This document shows positions 1 through 12,928 of a stretch of 64,000 nucleotides of DNA, piece by piece. Below the pieces are notes generated by a model that was given only the letters and a program-made list of their open reading frames with translations, did not search any database and was not told the DNA's origin. The DNA comes from Lingula anatina (Eukaryota; Animalia; Brachiopoda), in the NCBI GenBank assembly GCA_051362555.1, contig CM120640.1, positions 61,544,788 to 61,608,787 of the forward strand. Reading direction: 5' to 3'. Each line of letters starts with the position of its first letter. The stretch's first letter is position 1. The position numbers and the translations under genes are program-made.

Positions 1-3000
1 TCAACTACACTCCCTACAGAACTTGTGGCCACAGTTGCACTGACTCATCTGTATGATACTCCTACCATACTGTCATGATTTACCAGCTATAGAATCTGGA
101 GGCATGTGTTGGCTGTAAAACTCTATTATACATACATAGCACCCAGCCAGAGCTCTATTGGCAAACAAGTTGAAGCCTGCTCTTTTATTATTCGGTAAAA
201 TTCTTTTCATGGCTTGTTATTTAGATTGTTTTTAGATAACATTCTACTATGTTTGTATGAGATATTTCTTACTGTACATTTTGACATTTTATGACTACAA
301 TAACATTGATATCCCACTGCTTATGCATGATATGTCAACCACATTAAAAGAGTCGTTAAAATTAAATCAATGTTTTAAAAAACTGAAGCACTTGTGCTAC
401 TGAAATTGGTTGACTTTTCATCAATGAATATGGACAACTGTAATATTTGATCTTCCTTGCAACAGAACCAAAGAAAATTGCATTAGAATGGAAAATGCTA
501 TCTTTGCAATTTGATTGATCAGTGACGAAAAAAGACGAGCAAAATATAAAAGAACTGAGTCAAAGCCCCATAAGAGGAATAACTCTGACTTGTAAGGTGA
601 TTCAATTTTTTCTGCTTAAAATTTATTGGACAATATTACAAGTCAAAATATATTCAAGGAACAGATTGTCAGTTTTATGGGCAAGATTTCAAATAAGATA
701 ATGCAAGCACATTAAAATCATTTCAGTTGTATCTGATGGACATCTTCATAAGGTTCCCCAGGTCATCACTGGTAAACCATGCATTCATACCTACAAAAAT
801 GCAGATGGTATTCAACACAGGAAGATGAACGATGACATGGCATTGTGGTTTTCCAACTAAAACTCCCCATGGTCTGTTCCTATCTAACCACAACACACAA
901 GTAAAACTGGCATCTGAAAAAAACTGTATCCTGAAAGTCACAGGATGTTTGTTACAAAACTATAAATATATATGTAAATATCAGAGAGAATATGCACTGA
1001 TATAGTTCACGGTCATACATTTTTGGGAAAAAGATGGGCAGAGACAACTTTCCTCACGTAACCTGACTTTCACCATAGCTTTGAATGCTATGTGACATAT
1101 GCCTAGCTTGCTTCCTCAGATACATGTGGTATACTGAAGTACAAGTTTCAGTTCAGTTTTCAAAGTTACACTAAAATCAAAATAGCCTTTTACTCATACT
1201 GGATACCTGAAATCCCCTTTTAAGGTGTAAAGCATGTAATCCTAGCCCTGATAACTTAGGAAAAGACACTGGAACCTACATTACCATGTAATTTATCAAT
1301 GCAGAGTGATCTGGAAGCCAGTTAGCCAATGCAAACTTTTAAACTGAAGTGACCCGAAATCCCATTTTAAAAGGTTTAAAAAATCTAATAGATTTGTGTT
1401 CTACGGTAAATTTGACCCAGACAATATCTAATTTCATGTAGGTTTTCCCAAGCATTTCTATAAATACTACTAAAATACCCTAGTGTAATAATTTTTTGCT
1501 TTAAAATATCAAATGTAAATAGAACTAGACTAAAATCTAAATCTTGCAATATCTAAAGGTAGTGCCATAAAATGACACCAAATTATAAAATAAATTCATG
1601 CAGCCCATATATGGAATTAAAAAAGCAGACAAAACACGTGATGGAATGTGTTCCATTAACCAAATATAAATGAACATAGCTGTGGCTTACAGGCATAGTT
1701 TTGATGTCTCATTCCACCCACAACCAAAACAGTTAAATAAAAAATTCCAAAAATATGCTATCATCTGTTGGATAGAGTCTGATCTGACTAACCAAGTACA
1801 GAATATCATAAAATAGCTCTTATTTTTGTAAAAAGCTTGCAAAAGAGATGGAAATGTGATATAATAGTCTTTAAAAATTCACTTACAGAAATAGCAGCCA
1901 TCATCTGAAAGGTGAAGCAATTCAGAAGAATGTTTGATTGAAACCATTAGATATAACTCACTGACAGACTGATGGTTAAATCCATTCAACCATTCAATCA
2001 ATACATTACCTGTCACTCAAAATAATTTACACATACTGCAGGAGAAAAGAAAGCAGGAGAGTCATGCACCCATACTCTCTTAGGTCAGTGCTTGCCTTCT
2101 TTTTAAAAGTTGTCCAAATTCAAAAGTTTGTGGTGTTTGTCCCTATCTTACATAACTATTCCCCCACACCCTTTCAGAATCATATCGGATTGTGATCCAT
2201 GACCAAGTCATGACTGGAGTCACAGTCTAGGACTTTTATCTGCTACATATTTATCCACCATGAAGACTGGTGTATGTTCTCAAACTAGTACGCAAACAAA
2301 TTTATTTTAGAAAAGAAATAATTTCAGATGACAAAAATAATGTGTGTTTAAATTTTTCTGATATATTTGGCATTTATGCTCAGATGGAGTATGTGTCTCT
2401 AGGATTTTTCCATTGAATTACTTTGTACTGCATATTTCACAATTTGGGATAAAATGTTATTGATAATAATCAAAACTTACCACATAGGCTAGGTATAACT
2501 AAGACTGTCTGATAATGTTTCTACTAGTGTATAAAATCTTTGCAGCTACTGCAGGTCTATACAACTACTCCACGTGGAAGTGAAATTTTCATTTAATCTG
2601 CTAAACTAAACCCATGCAGACAACATTCTTTGCATCTCTCAGAAGCTAATAACATTAGAGCCTGGCATTTACCTTCTTATTTTCCAATGGGTTGTAACTC
2701 GGCAAAGTCCAGGTGAAGCTTGTTCCTCAGAGGAGGAGTAAATAAAGGCAACAGTCTGAACATTTTCAAAGAAATTAACTTCCTTGTAATTTGAAAAGGA
2801 GATTAAATTGTCTGCTGCGCAAGAGAGAAAAAACATATTATCTACAACCTGCAGTAAGAAATGAGTATGTCATTTTTTTCTTCAGACAATGAAACTGATA
2901 GGTCTGTAATGTAATAAATCCACTTAACCTTGCAGATTCATGTATGTAAAAAATCCTAACAAGGAAGCATAGCTATCATCTTAAAATGCCAACAAAATCA

Positions 3001-3232
3001 TCACCATAACCATTATTATCATCATCATTATAACCATTATAGGCATTATGTTAAAATTCCATTTCAGTTCCCTGTATCTGTTATGTCTTTTCACTTACTT
3101 TTCTTCACTGTTGTCTGAAATTGCCTCTTAGCCAGCACCAACAGCCACATACCATCACAGACAGGAAGTAATGCACATTTATCATGTAAGATTATGTTCA
3201 CAACTGGACTAAGTTAAACCTGAACTGGTTTG

Positions 3233-4069
3233 AGGCCCCATTCAGAACAGGGACTAACTAGTCTGAGGGCCAAATATGGCCGACCCACTTGAGTACTTCC
3301 CCACGGGATATCTATTTAGTGTACTAGTATGTTAGCAGATTAGATGGCAAGCTTTGTAGTAGGTTGCCATAATTGAACCTTGGACTAGTTAGTCCCCTAT
3401 GCTGGGTCTTCTGTCCCATTTAGATCGAGAAGAGCCAAGTGCTAGCTAGTCCATGACCCAAATATGGCGGACCTGCATGAAAGGAAGACCACTTAATCCT
3501 GTAATGGTCTCTCTGCCTCTCACGGCTCCCCACGCATCGTCCCTCGACCAGTTGAATTGAGCCGAGATTTAATTACTGTGCCCCTGCAGGGACGCCACAT
3601 GGGGAGCGGAGAGACAATTACAGGATTAAGTGGTCTTCCTTTCATGTAGGTTCGCCATATTTAGGTCGCGGCCTAGCTAGCACCCGGCTCTTCTTGATCC
3701 CAATGGGGCCTTAGACACCATTGGTCTTAGAAGATTGATCCAACTCTGCAGGGACGTTCGCTGAATGCAATCAGCTTAACTGAATGACACACCTTCCCTT
3801 GGGATTGAATAGAATTCAGAAAAGCTGATTATACATATGCATAGTAAACAAAAGGAGGCACATCAATCAGTTAAGCCGATTGCCCTCAGCGAGAGTCCCT
3901 GCAAAGTTGGATCGATCTACAAAGACCAATGGTAATTATGCGAATGAGGTCTTGCTCACCAGATGCTCTGATTTCACTAGGACCCTGATTGCCCTTTGGA
4001 AATTTTAATCCCATTAAAAGCAATCTATTAGTCTCTGATGTCAGATTATTTCCTGTCTCAGTAGGTCCT
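3233..4069. repeat. Cluster of four adjacent imperfect inverted repeats (hairpins): 3233-3410, 3413-3709, 3717-3933, 3947-4069
   Basis: Arms read directly, e.g. 3476-3505 CATGAAAGGAAGACCACTTAATCCTGTAAT is the exact reverse complement of 3617-3646; GGGACTAACTAGTC/GACTAGTTAGTCCC; ACCATTGGTCTT/AAGACCAATGGT. Confidence 0.9.
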
Positions 4070-4099
4070 ACCAATATACGATTATAATAATATTATTAC

Positions 4100-7000
4100 C
4101 TGTGTATCCTGATGAAGACTTTCAAGCACGTCTTGTGATGGGGGAGGAGGAAGTGGTGGTGGGTTATCGTCCAACGAATCCTGTGATCCTCCAAAGTTGT
4201 TATGTACTGGTTGAGCTGCCCCTACTGCAGCATGTTGATGGTACTGTTGCTGTTGTTGGTGGTGATGTGGTTGCTGATGATGTAATTGTTGTTGTTGCTG
4301 TTGGTGATGTGCCAGCTGTTGTTGTTGATGATGTGGCTGCTGCTGATGCTGATGTTGATATCCAGATAGGTGCTGTGATGTAGTAGACTGTAAGTCTGCT
4401 AGAAGAGCATCTGAAATGACATAAACAGTCAACTCCGCTTATTATTATTGCATAAAGATCAAATCATTGTCATTGGCATGCACAACTCGATATATGGCCA
4501 TAACATTGTGAATAAATGTTCTTTAATCAGCACATTCAAAATGCTTTACATGCGCAAGTACAGATAATGTTTTTTTAAGCTTGATGATATGGCCAGATAA
4601 CTGTAAATTAATATCTAGATCGTCTGAAAATCTCTCTCAAGCACCAATACCCAACCACTTATTTCCATCAAGCAGACTTCACTACAATCCCCATAGAAAT
4701 TGAAAAACAAACCCTTCAAATTAAACACATTTTCCATCTTAAGCCAATAGTAAAAAAATCTGATGAAAATCATTTTTAAAGTACACAAAAATTTAAACCA
4801 CCATTGTCACATTGCCTGGCTCTCTTACCCTGTGTCCTTCCTTCTCCAGCCAACTCTGAACCTTAACTGTGCTACCTTCAATCTGTTGTTAAACTAATTA
4901 TCTTGGGACAAAACAGTATGACACTATTCTGAAGATAATGTGCCCAAACCACAAATTTACCTTGGAGATTAAAAGAAAATACCCCAGCGCAATGTATTCA
5001 ATGTATTAGTGGCCTACCTGGTGACTCATGTCAAAGCTGTCTACAGGATGAGTGCAGGCAAAATACATGTAGCCAGATATATTATGTATGAGTCAATTTT
5101 TGTCATGATAAATAATTCTTAACACCATTTCGTAGAGGGAATCTTTTTATCATGATATATATCTATATCTATATCTATACTTGCACAAGTATGTTAAGGG
5201 TGGGTACTTACAAAAATATGAAAAATATGTTTTGAAAGAAACTCGTTTCCTATACTTTCAAGAAATAAACTTCGGAACATGCCTGCACTTTCAAATGTTG
5301 ATGTAGATTGGCATTAATCAATGTTACCATGTTTGTTCCTTTTCTCAATTGCAAAACTGGCTAACTGATATGGTTTGTGCTCGTCTCTGCCCAGGACATC
5401 CTGGATATATATAATCCTTCCTACAATCAGTGTGGTTTATATTACCTGTTATCCTGTAAGCCAAGTATGATGTTCAAAGAAGCCAGTTCATATCGTTCTT
5501 GCTTCAGCTGCTTTTCTCCTTGAATGCATAGCATCATTTTAAAACTTGGATTTAAGGTTTCAATTCTGTTTACTTGAAAGAACTTAATCTCAACCCATTT
5601 GCATATAAATAACTGTTTTTCTCCACTAAAATACCTAACAAGTCTTTCATTGAAAGGTATTAAAGCCAATAGTCCTTAATGACTTTGGTTTTAAAAGGAA
5701 ACAAACAACAAGATAAAAATGCCAACAACTGATAATTTTGCCTTATGAGAACCATTTGTAAACTAGAACCACATCCACCTAACTCCCTCATTGACATATG
5801 AATGCAAAATACATGATAAACTATTCAGAGGTAGAATGTCAGCACGTTTTTGTATGTTAAATAAAACCATCTAAACCACATGACCAAAATGTATACAATA
5901 TAATGTATTTATACACATTCCTGAAAACACCTTACATGGAACATGGAACTATAGATCACCTGCATGGCATTCCAAATTACATACACACATACAACAGAAA
6001 ATACCCCAAAGTTTCATAGTTCAAGAGCTAAATGTTTCTTATCCTGAACCTTTTGTTTTCATAACTTTCTATTCATCATGATTTATGTTTAGACCATCAC
6101 ATTTTTCTTTCAATTTCAGGGGCAATCTTTTACTTTTTATTTTACTCAGACGATACCCCAAAAAGACTTCACACATTCAATCTTAACTTCCAGCTCCAGC
6201 AGAAGTCTTAATTTCATAATGGCATTTTTTTTCCTCTCATTTTTCCACTAAGTAAGTAAAGTTACTTTTAATTGTACCTAATATGTCCTTAACATTTCAG
6301 CCTAACTTAAAAATCTACTCCAGTTTTCATCAGGATATAATCATTGCTAATTAATGTCTATAACAGCACATATACCATTCTGGTCCCAAACCACAAAGCA
6401 GCTGGTGTAAGAAAAAAATCTAGCAGGTAAAAGATAGTGTTCACATACCTGCACTACTCACCGTCCACTGACAGGAGCATCCAGGTGGAGGTATGTGTGT
6501 TAAAACAGCTTAGTATGCAGAACAGATCACCCTGGTCATGTGGCTGGCATTATATAGAAATGTGCTTGAACACTCAATGTAAACACACAGGGAAACCCTA
6601 GCCATTTGGCCCAGGTAATGAATGTATTTGTACCCTCTATCAAAATCCCACGCAGTGCTAGGACAGAATAATAGGTTGCACTTTTTAAATGTAGAGTAGC
6701 CAACCATAGCAAGTAAAAGAAAAAATCTAGGAAATTTGAGTTCTCATGGACTCATTCTGCTTTTACTTTACAGAGATTTCAACAGATCAAAATAGATCTA
6801 TTGATGAGATGGCCATGACTAGGTTTATATTTGGCCTTGTGCTAGGGTGTAGACCACAGGTAACAAGGTGCAGTCAACTTTAGGCTATGTCAATCTATAG
6901 GTGATGGGCTGTTAAATATGGTACTAGAGGTTATGTAAACTAGGGAAGGTCTCCTGTTTCTTCAGTATTGATAAAACCATGCCCCTCTGTTTGTTGCAGA

Positions 7001-10000
7001 TCAAAACGAGACAAAATAATTGAATTTCTAATAATAAAAATAAAACAGTATGCCTTTAACAACCAACCCAACCCACCTTCCAAACACTATTTCAGCTAAA
7101 ATTAATTATCAAAAATAAAAATATTTCAATATTCCAGAATTTCCTGATGATACATGAAAGAGCATGATGTCTCCATATAAATATCACAATTTACAATATT
7201 ATATATTTCACTCAAATGAACTGTACATGAAAAGAAGCTTGATCCAGTCTTCAGATGTAGATATGATGGACGAATTGACCCATACATTTAATACAAAGAA
7301 TGAATGGAGGTATACCTCACCCTGAAAATGTGAACATTTAGGGCCAGGTATGTCTCCACATGCTACATACATTACTGCCCAGTTGGATATCTGTTGAAGC
7401 AAGTCTAGCTCATCTTCTTAGATCAATACAGTTAAGGACATGCTAGTAAGCACATGTTTGGTACATGGACTTCTCAGTCAAATTGATCAACTCCAGCTTG
7501 GTCCTTGTTATAACTATATTACAGGATTAAAGTTATTAGTTTTGTTGTGTTCGGCATCTTCCAAATAACTGCTTTCTTCTTAACAAATCATATCAATACA
7601 ACAGGTTAAGTAATTCCATTGCCTGGTAGAACTAAGCTGATATTTTATTTAATTGCTTAAATAAATTTAAAAAAAAAAAAGAATCGAATAATATGTAAAA
7701 ACTTACATTTGTCAAAATCAAGTGCTATTTAATCTAGCTGTATTCCTTTTGAGACCAATAAAGAAATGAAGTGCTTCTATCTCACCAGACAGTGCAGTAG
7801 CAGTTCTATAGAAAACTAAATCTCAACTACCACACTAAGAGCATTCTGATGTGACGAGAAATGGCATGGCACATTGAAGACTTGAACTTTGCTTGGGATA
7901 TCAATAACATGTTGATAATCAAGACTTACATAAGTCATGAACAATTTTTGCACAGAATGAGTTTTTTTACATTTAAAGATATGCAATATTTCAAAGCATG
8001 TTTAAGTAAAGATTTTACAAATTCATGTGTTACACGTACACCAGATCAAACAATTCACTAGCACTTGATGTATTTTTCAAATAAAAGCCAGAAAACTAAC
8101 TTGTCTTTTTGTCTGTTGGCACTGAATACTTGACTAACAAAAACTTCACTAAGCTTGCCTAAATGCTCTTAACAGTGCCATAAAATGTATCTATGACACA
8201 TTTGATTAATAGGGAGAATTTAAAAGCAGATGAAAGTGGTTTACTATGAAAGAAGATGGATTATGCATTCATGTCTGATGTCAAGAGATTTCAGAATGTG
8301 CAACCATCACTCACCAAGAACAAAGTATTTGCTGAAGCCAAACTGTTAACAATTTAGTACTTCGGCTTTAGGTATATTGTGAATATGATGCAGTTACCAT
8401 TGTATTTTTCTCAAATCTGGGAATGGATATCTTATTAACCAACTCCTAAAACTACAACAAACTTTCAATAAAAACAGAATAAAATTACAGGTTTTACAAA
8501 CTCATTCAAGTGGTCTCAATCACAGCTTTGAACTGCCTGATCTCCTGCCAAGAGCCATCCTGTTCCAGTGACTACACGCTGAGACACTATCTACATCTAC
8601 ATCTACAGTTTTAAACACATAATTCATGAATTAGAACACGCTGATAATTAATTATCATAATAATATTATTTTTAAGGGTTGGTTTAATAACACAAATTAA
8701 AAGCATCATAATACATTGATTATATTTAGCATATATTTATGTCTAATATCATAATTGAAATAAGTAATGAATCCTTTACAGGAGGCAGCATTAAAGGCAA
8801 CAAATTTAGAGTAATAACAATTTCTTCTAGTAGAACAGCAAAATCTGAATCCTGCTGGCACAAAAGAATAGTACTATTCTATTACTTAATATGTTATCTA
8901 GGTGTGATACACTCTAGTCTTCCACTAAGAAAAGACTAACCAGACTCTGAGTCAAATAAAGCGCAAACTTGTTAGTAATTTTTCCTTCCTTTTACAGATG
9001 GGGGCATAGTAGTTTTCAGTGCAAACCTATAATGATGTTTCAATCAGAAAAAACTAGTAGGGACACAGGGGCGTTACCAGACCATTCAAAATTGTACGCA
9101 CAGATTTTGAAAATTCTCAGGTACGATTATATTCCGTGAAAAATACACTGAATTTTTGGAGAATAACATCATGGTTGACTCAAAAAATTGTACGCACAGT
9201 GCATCCGTGCGTATGCCTGGTTACGCCCCTGGGACACATCAATAAAGTTGCAACTTTTAATTTTTTATACTTTCTAAACTTGCACATTTTAAGGAAAACA
9301 AAAGATTTATACGATCTATATCATATGAGATTCATAAGCCTTTATGTATTATGATGACTAACAGTGGTAGTTACACAGGAAATGACAGTAAGACGAACAC
9401 TCTCTACCAGAGGCCTTCTAGCTGTTACAAAATCCATTCAATTTCAATAGCCAGAAGGCCTATGGTAGAGAGTAAAAGAAGTACTGTTTCATTAGCTACT
9501 TCCACGTTGGGTATCCTGCTATTTTACTAAAACAAAATCAACAAAACAAAGTGACTAGTTGGCAACTCAATTAGAACACGGATTTAAATCAAAGTGATAA
9601 AAAAGGCAATAATGATTAAAAAAATAAATGAGCTGTAAATGCTTCTATTTCCAGCAATTCAATTCTTTTTGTTCTATTTTTATTCTGACAGCAGTCTGCA
9701 CAAACACTGCTATCTCTATTACTTTGCATACCAATGGTTTGTTCTCAATATCACCTGACAAAGCATATCTGCATGCAAAATTGACAAAGAAAATACCTAC
9801 TAAATTTCCTTTTTTTCAATAACCCTGAAATCATCCTCATTTGATCTCCTAAAACCACCTGTTACTTCTTACAGGCAAAAATCAACAAAGAAATATCATG
9901 AAATGAGATTCATCAATTCATATTTTCTTTGTATAGACTTGTATGATCTAATGTAATACAGGGCAAATGTAATGACACCAATTCCCTTTCTGTAAACATT

Positions 10001-11730
10001 CCAGTTACCCACAGGTATGGTTGCCATGGGAACAATGTTGTTTGATGAAAGCACAGTGCTGAAGTTTATGCTTTCTGACTTAGTGTAAACTGTGGAGAGC
10101 CCTTGGTAAAAAGGTTCCCCATGTTGACCTTGCATTCTTGAAATGCTAACTTAAGCCTGACAGTTGATATAAATTCCTTCTACTTGCACCTCTCCTGATG
10201 TAGGTAGCTATAATGGCATGTATAAGTTCTCCTCAGACTGAATATTTTCCAAAAAACAAAAGGGGTGCAGTCTCAAAACAAAATACAGCACTGTCTGCGA
10301 ATTGACTGCCCTTACAGCAGCAGTCTCCACTAATAATAAAATCTTCAAAGACAGTCGCGCTAAAATCCAGTCTTGGCTTTATTCATGATTGGAACTTTCA
10401 TTAGAATTCATCAGAACTGCAAAATTAAAAACTGTTACAATAATGGCATCAGGGGACAGGGTCAGCATTGCCCAGATATATTGGTGAGTCAAGTCACTGA
10501 AAATTATACTGATGGCATCATACATACTGTAATTAGACAACATATGCAGCATACACCAAAAAAAAGGGCTTCTTTATACATATACACACAAATGATTGAG
10601 ATAAAAAATATCTAAATGCGCTGTTTTCAGTTTTAAAAATATCCATCTCCATAACAATCATACTGACAGATATTATTTATGTCAGTTAGTTATAAACTGT
10701 AGTAATAACATGTAACTACAACAAAAGTAACCTTACTTCTGATTACCATTTACATTTAAAGAATTCCATGATTTGCAGCATATCTCATGATAGTTATAAT
10801 GTATTTTTGTATTTTTAATGTCCGTTTCATGAAGTTGTTCACATGTGGGGGTGGGTGGGTGGAAAAACTGTTTTTTTTAGGATGGGGAAAGATATGCCTC
10901 AAGTCAAAATTTCATCTAGGTTCTACGCCATTTCAGAAGTTGAGTTAAAAAAGGTCTCTTTCTTTTGAAAAGGACACTCCTGGATGCAGGCCTGCCAAAT
11001 GCAGCCTTGGGTCTTTGAGACTTCAACACTTTGTAAGAAAGTCCCATTCCTATATTAAAATGCATAAAAAACAGTAGAAGTGGAAAAAGTGAGAAGCTTT
11101 ATTCCTTCAGATTAATATTTACTTGGTGCTGCTTTGGTAGCAGGTGATGAAGCAGTTAACTGCAAACTTGAACACAAAACTGGCACATACTTTGCACTAC
11201 ATGTCTACCTTCCTGTTGGGTTGTCATTGATCATTAGAACATCTTATGAAAAATCAAATTCCCTGTATTATCACGAGTACATGTATAGTACATAGTGGAG
11301 ATAAAAGCACTAGCACTGAAGCAAACCAGCCAGTGCAATAGTATTTTTGCTGTAGCTAGTGCTCTATCATAATATGTCGAAGCATTCCTTGTCCCTTGGT
11401 TTAGCCTTGATTAAAGCATACTCTCCATGACCAACAACTTGGCCAATGGTGAAAAAATTATTTGGGCACTTAGTACATAGGGCATACTGCCATTACTGGT
11501 TATCACAGGAGAAAGTTAGAGTAATCTTGTAGAACTCGCATTTAAGTTTTTACATATGTTCTTTCAATATGTCTATGCTTAATGGTTACCTGAGTGTAAA
11601 TAAATCGGCGTGTAAAGGTCAGCTATAATAAGGAAATCGGTATAAAAGTTGATACTAAGTTTAAAGCAGCTCTGGAAAAGTGCTCTGGATTCTCACGTTC
11701 AGAATCAAAGTACTCACCTAAATCGTCCAT
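4100..11730 (-). CDS. PXN: Paxillin, 5' part: coding exon 1 (11718-11730) and exon 2 (4100-4410); the gene continues beyond the left edge or through exons not resolved here
   Basis: ATG GAC GAT TTA G|gtgagt spliced to ttcag|AT GCT CTT CTA GCA GAC TTA CAG TCT ACT gives MDDLDALLADLQSTT, the paxillin LD1 N-terminus. A Q/H-rich tract and PPPLPPPP follow; donor CAG|gtaata at 4099. Confidence 0.9.
9066..9231. mobile_element. Small MITE-like element
   Basis: Imperfect TIRs CAGGGGCGTTACCAG / CTGGTTACGCCCCTG flanked by the direct repeat GGACA (9061-9065, 9232-9236); internal repeat AAAATTGTACGCACAG occurs twice. Confidence 0.7.
9399..9473. repeat. Short near-perfect hairpin in paxillin intron 1
   Basis: ACTCTCTACCAGAGGCCTTCTAGCTGTT pairs with AATAGCCAGAAGGCCTATGGTAGAGAGT. 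Confidence 0.8.
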
Positions 11731-11779
11731 GACTTTCTTCTTCAGAACCATCTACCCAGACCAAGCTTGTGAAAAAGCA

Positions 11780-12060
11780 CAACACTCTAGGATGAGAAAT
11801 ATCGAATACGTCACTTTAATCACGGCTATAAACCTCAATTCCGTGACAATAACTGCCAGTTGTGAGAACCGCACGATTGTGGTGCTACTACCGGTCTGCC
11901 ATGACGGGCGTGACGTCAACAGCCACTTGCTTCCGCAATGCGACAGTTGAGATTGCTCAAAACAATTCTCGCAAGCATAGGTTGGCTTTTTCTCATTCTG
12001 CTACACGCGATCTAGCTCGTTCCTCTCCCATTTATATCATTGCTCCAGTGATCTACGGTA
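11780..12060 (-). promoter_or_regulatory. Putative paxillin promoter, CpG-rich, with a perfect CRE/ATF site TGACGTCA at 11911-11918
   Basis: Abrupt rise in CpG immediately upstream of the first coding exon; palindromic TGACGTCA preceded by GGGCG. Confidence 0.55.
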
Positions 12061-12701
12061 CACCTTACAAATATAATAAATCTAATTAAGCATCAATGAT
12101 CTCGAAGATTAATTTTAAAAAATTCTATTTGAGTGATAACATCGAAGGTCAACTGAATGTGATTTACCCAGGCTACTATAAATATGACTTAGCACAAGGT
12201 TAGGAGAGAATGGAGACATGAAATTATTTAAAGAAATAAGACGTGTCAGCAATTTTAAACAATCAAAAAACATACAGCTTAGTTAGTCTCTCAATTAAGA
12301 GTTATGCCTATGACAGGACCGTATCCGCGAATTGGTTGGGTGTCGACAGGCATGTGTTTAAAACGTAGATTTTTCAGTGACATAGCGGCAGACCCTCACA
12401 GCCTGAAGAATGAAGGACTACAATATCGATAAATCTATATCAATTTTAAGACTCACGTGGTGATCTTTTGTATCAAACTAAGCTGTGAGAATGATTGCAC
12501 CTATTTTTGCTCAGATATTTATTATCACATTATTTATTTATTTTTTCCACAAACGTTTCCTAACGCAGTCTCGCTCTATTTATCGCTCTGTTTATCATTT
12601 TTTATTGGGTCTGTATAAACTGCCATTGAAAATTCTGAAGATGCCCCCTCCCCTCCTTCGTGAACTTTTTGACGTTCCATGCAAACTTTAGACCTCTACG
12701 G

Positions 12702-12928
12702 GTGCTTTCCCAGAAATTTAGATCGATCTAAAGATTAAGTTTTAGATCGACCTAACTCCCTGGGGGTTCAGGCTAAATTGCAGTCAGCCGAGCGGACACC
12801 ATAGTTTATTACCCCTTCACAGCTTTTAGTAGGCGGGACAGACGCTTAAGCCGGCCAAGCTGACAGTAATCTAGTGAGACTCCCCACAGGAATAGATCGA
12901 TCTAAAAATCTATGGAAATGGGGTGTAA
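12702..12928. mobile_element. Foldback/MITE-like dispersed repeat, copy 1
   Basis: Near-identical to 43130-43356 and related to 41717-41904; both ends carry the palindrome TAGATCGATCTA within imperfect TIRs. Confidence 0.85.

Noticed and set aside
2673-2848. Minus-strand segment with a good acceptor (ttactgcag) and donor (AG|gtaaat) and an open frame
   Set aside because: The translation shows no paxillin-like motif; it cannot be supported as an exon without transcripts.
3099-3150. Short minus-strand ORF MWLLVLAKRQFQTTVKK ending at gtaagt
   Set aside because: Could be an internal alternative first exon, but no downstream partner exon can be verified in the window.
3233-4069. Possible hammerhead ribozyme or retrozyme in the hairpin cluster
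   Set aside because: I did not find a correctly arranged CUGANGA...GAAA core on either strand by eye; a covariance-model search would be needed.
4102-4383. 93-aa Val/Asp-rich ORF on the plus strand
   Set aside because: Antisense shadow of the paxillin Q/H exon.
5442-5669. 75-aa ORF ending at a donor-like AG|gtaat
   Set aside because: Its phase is incompatible with paxillin exon 2 and it has no recognisable homology.
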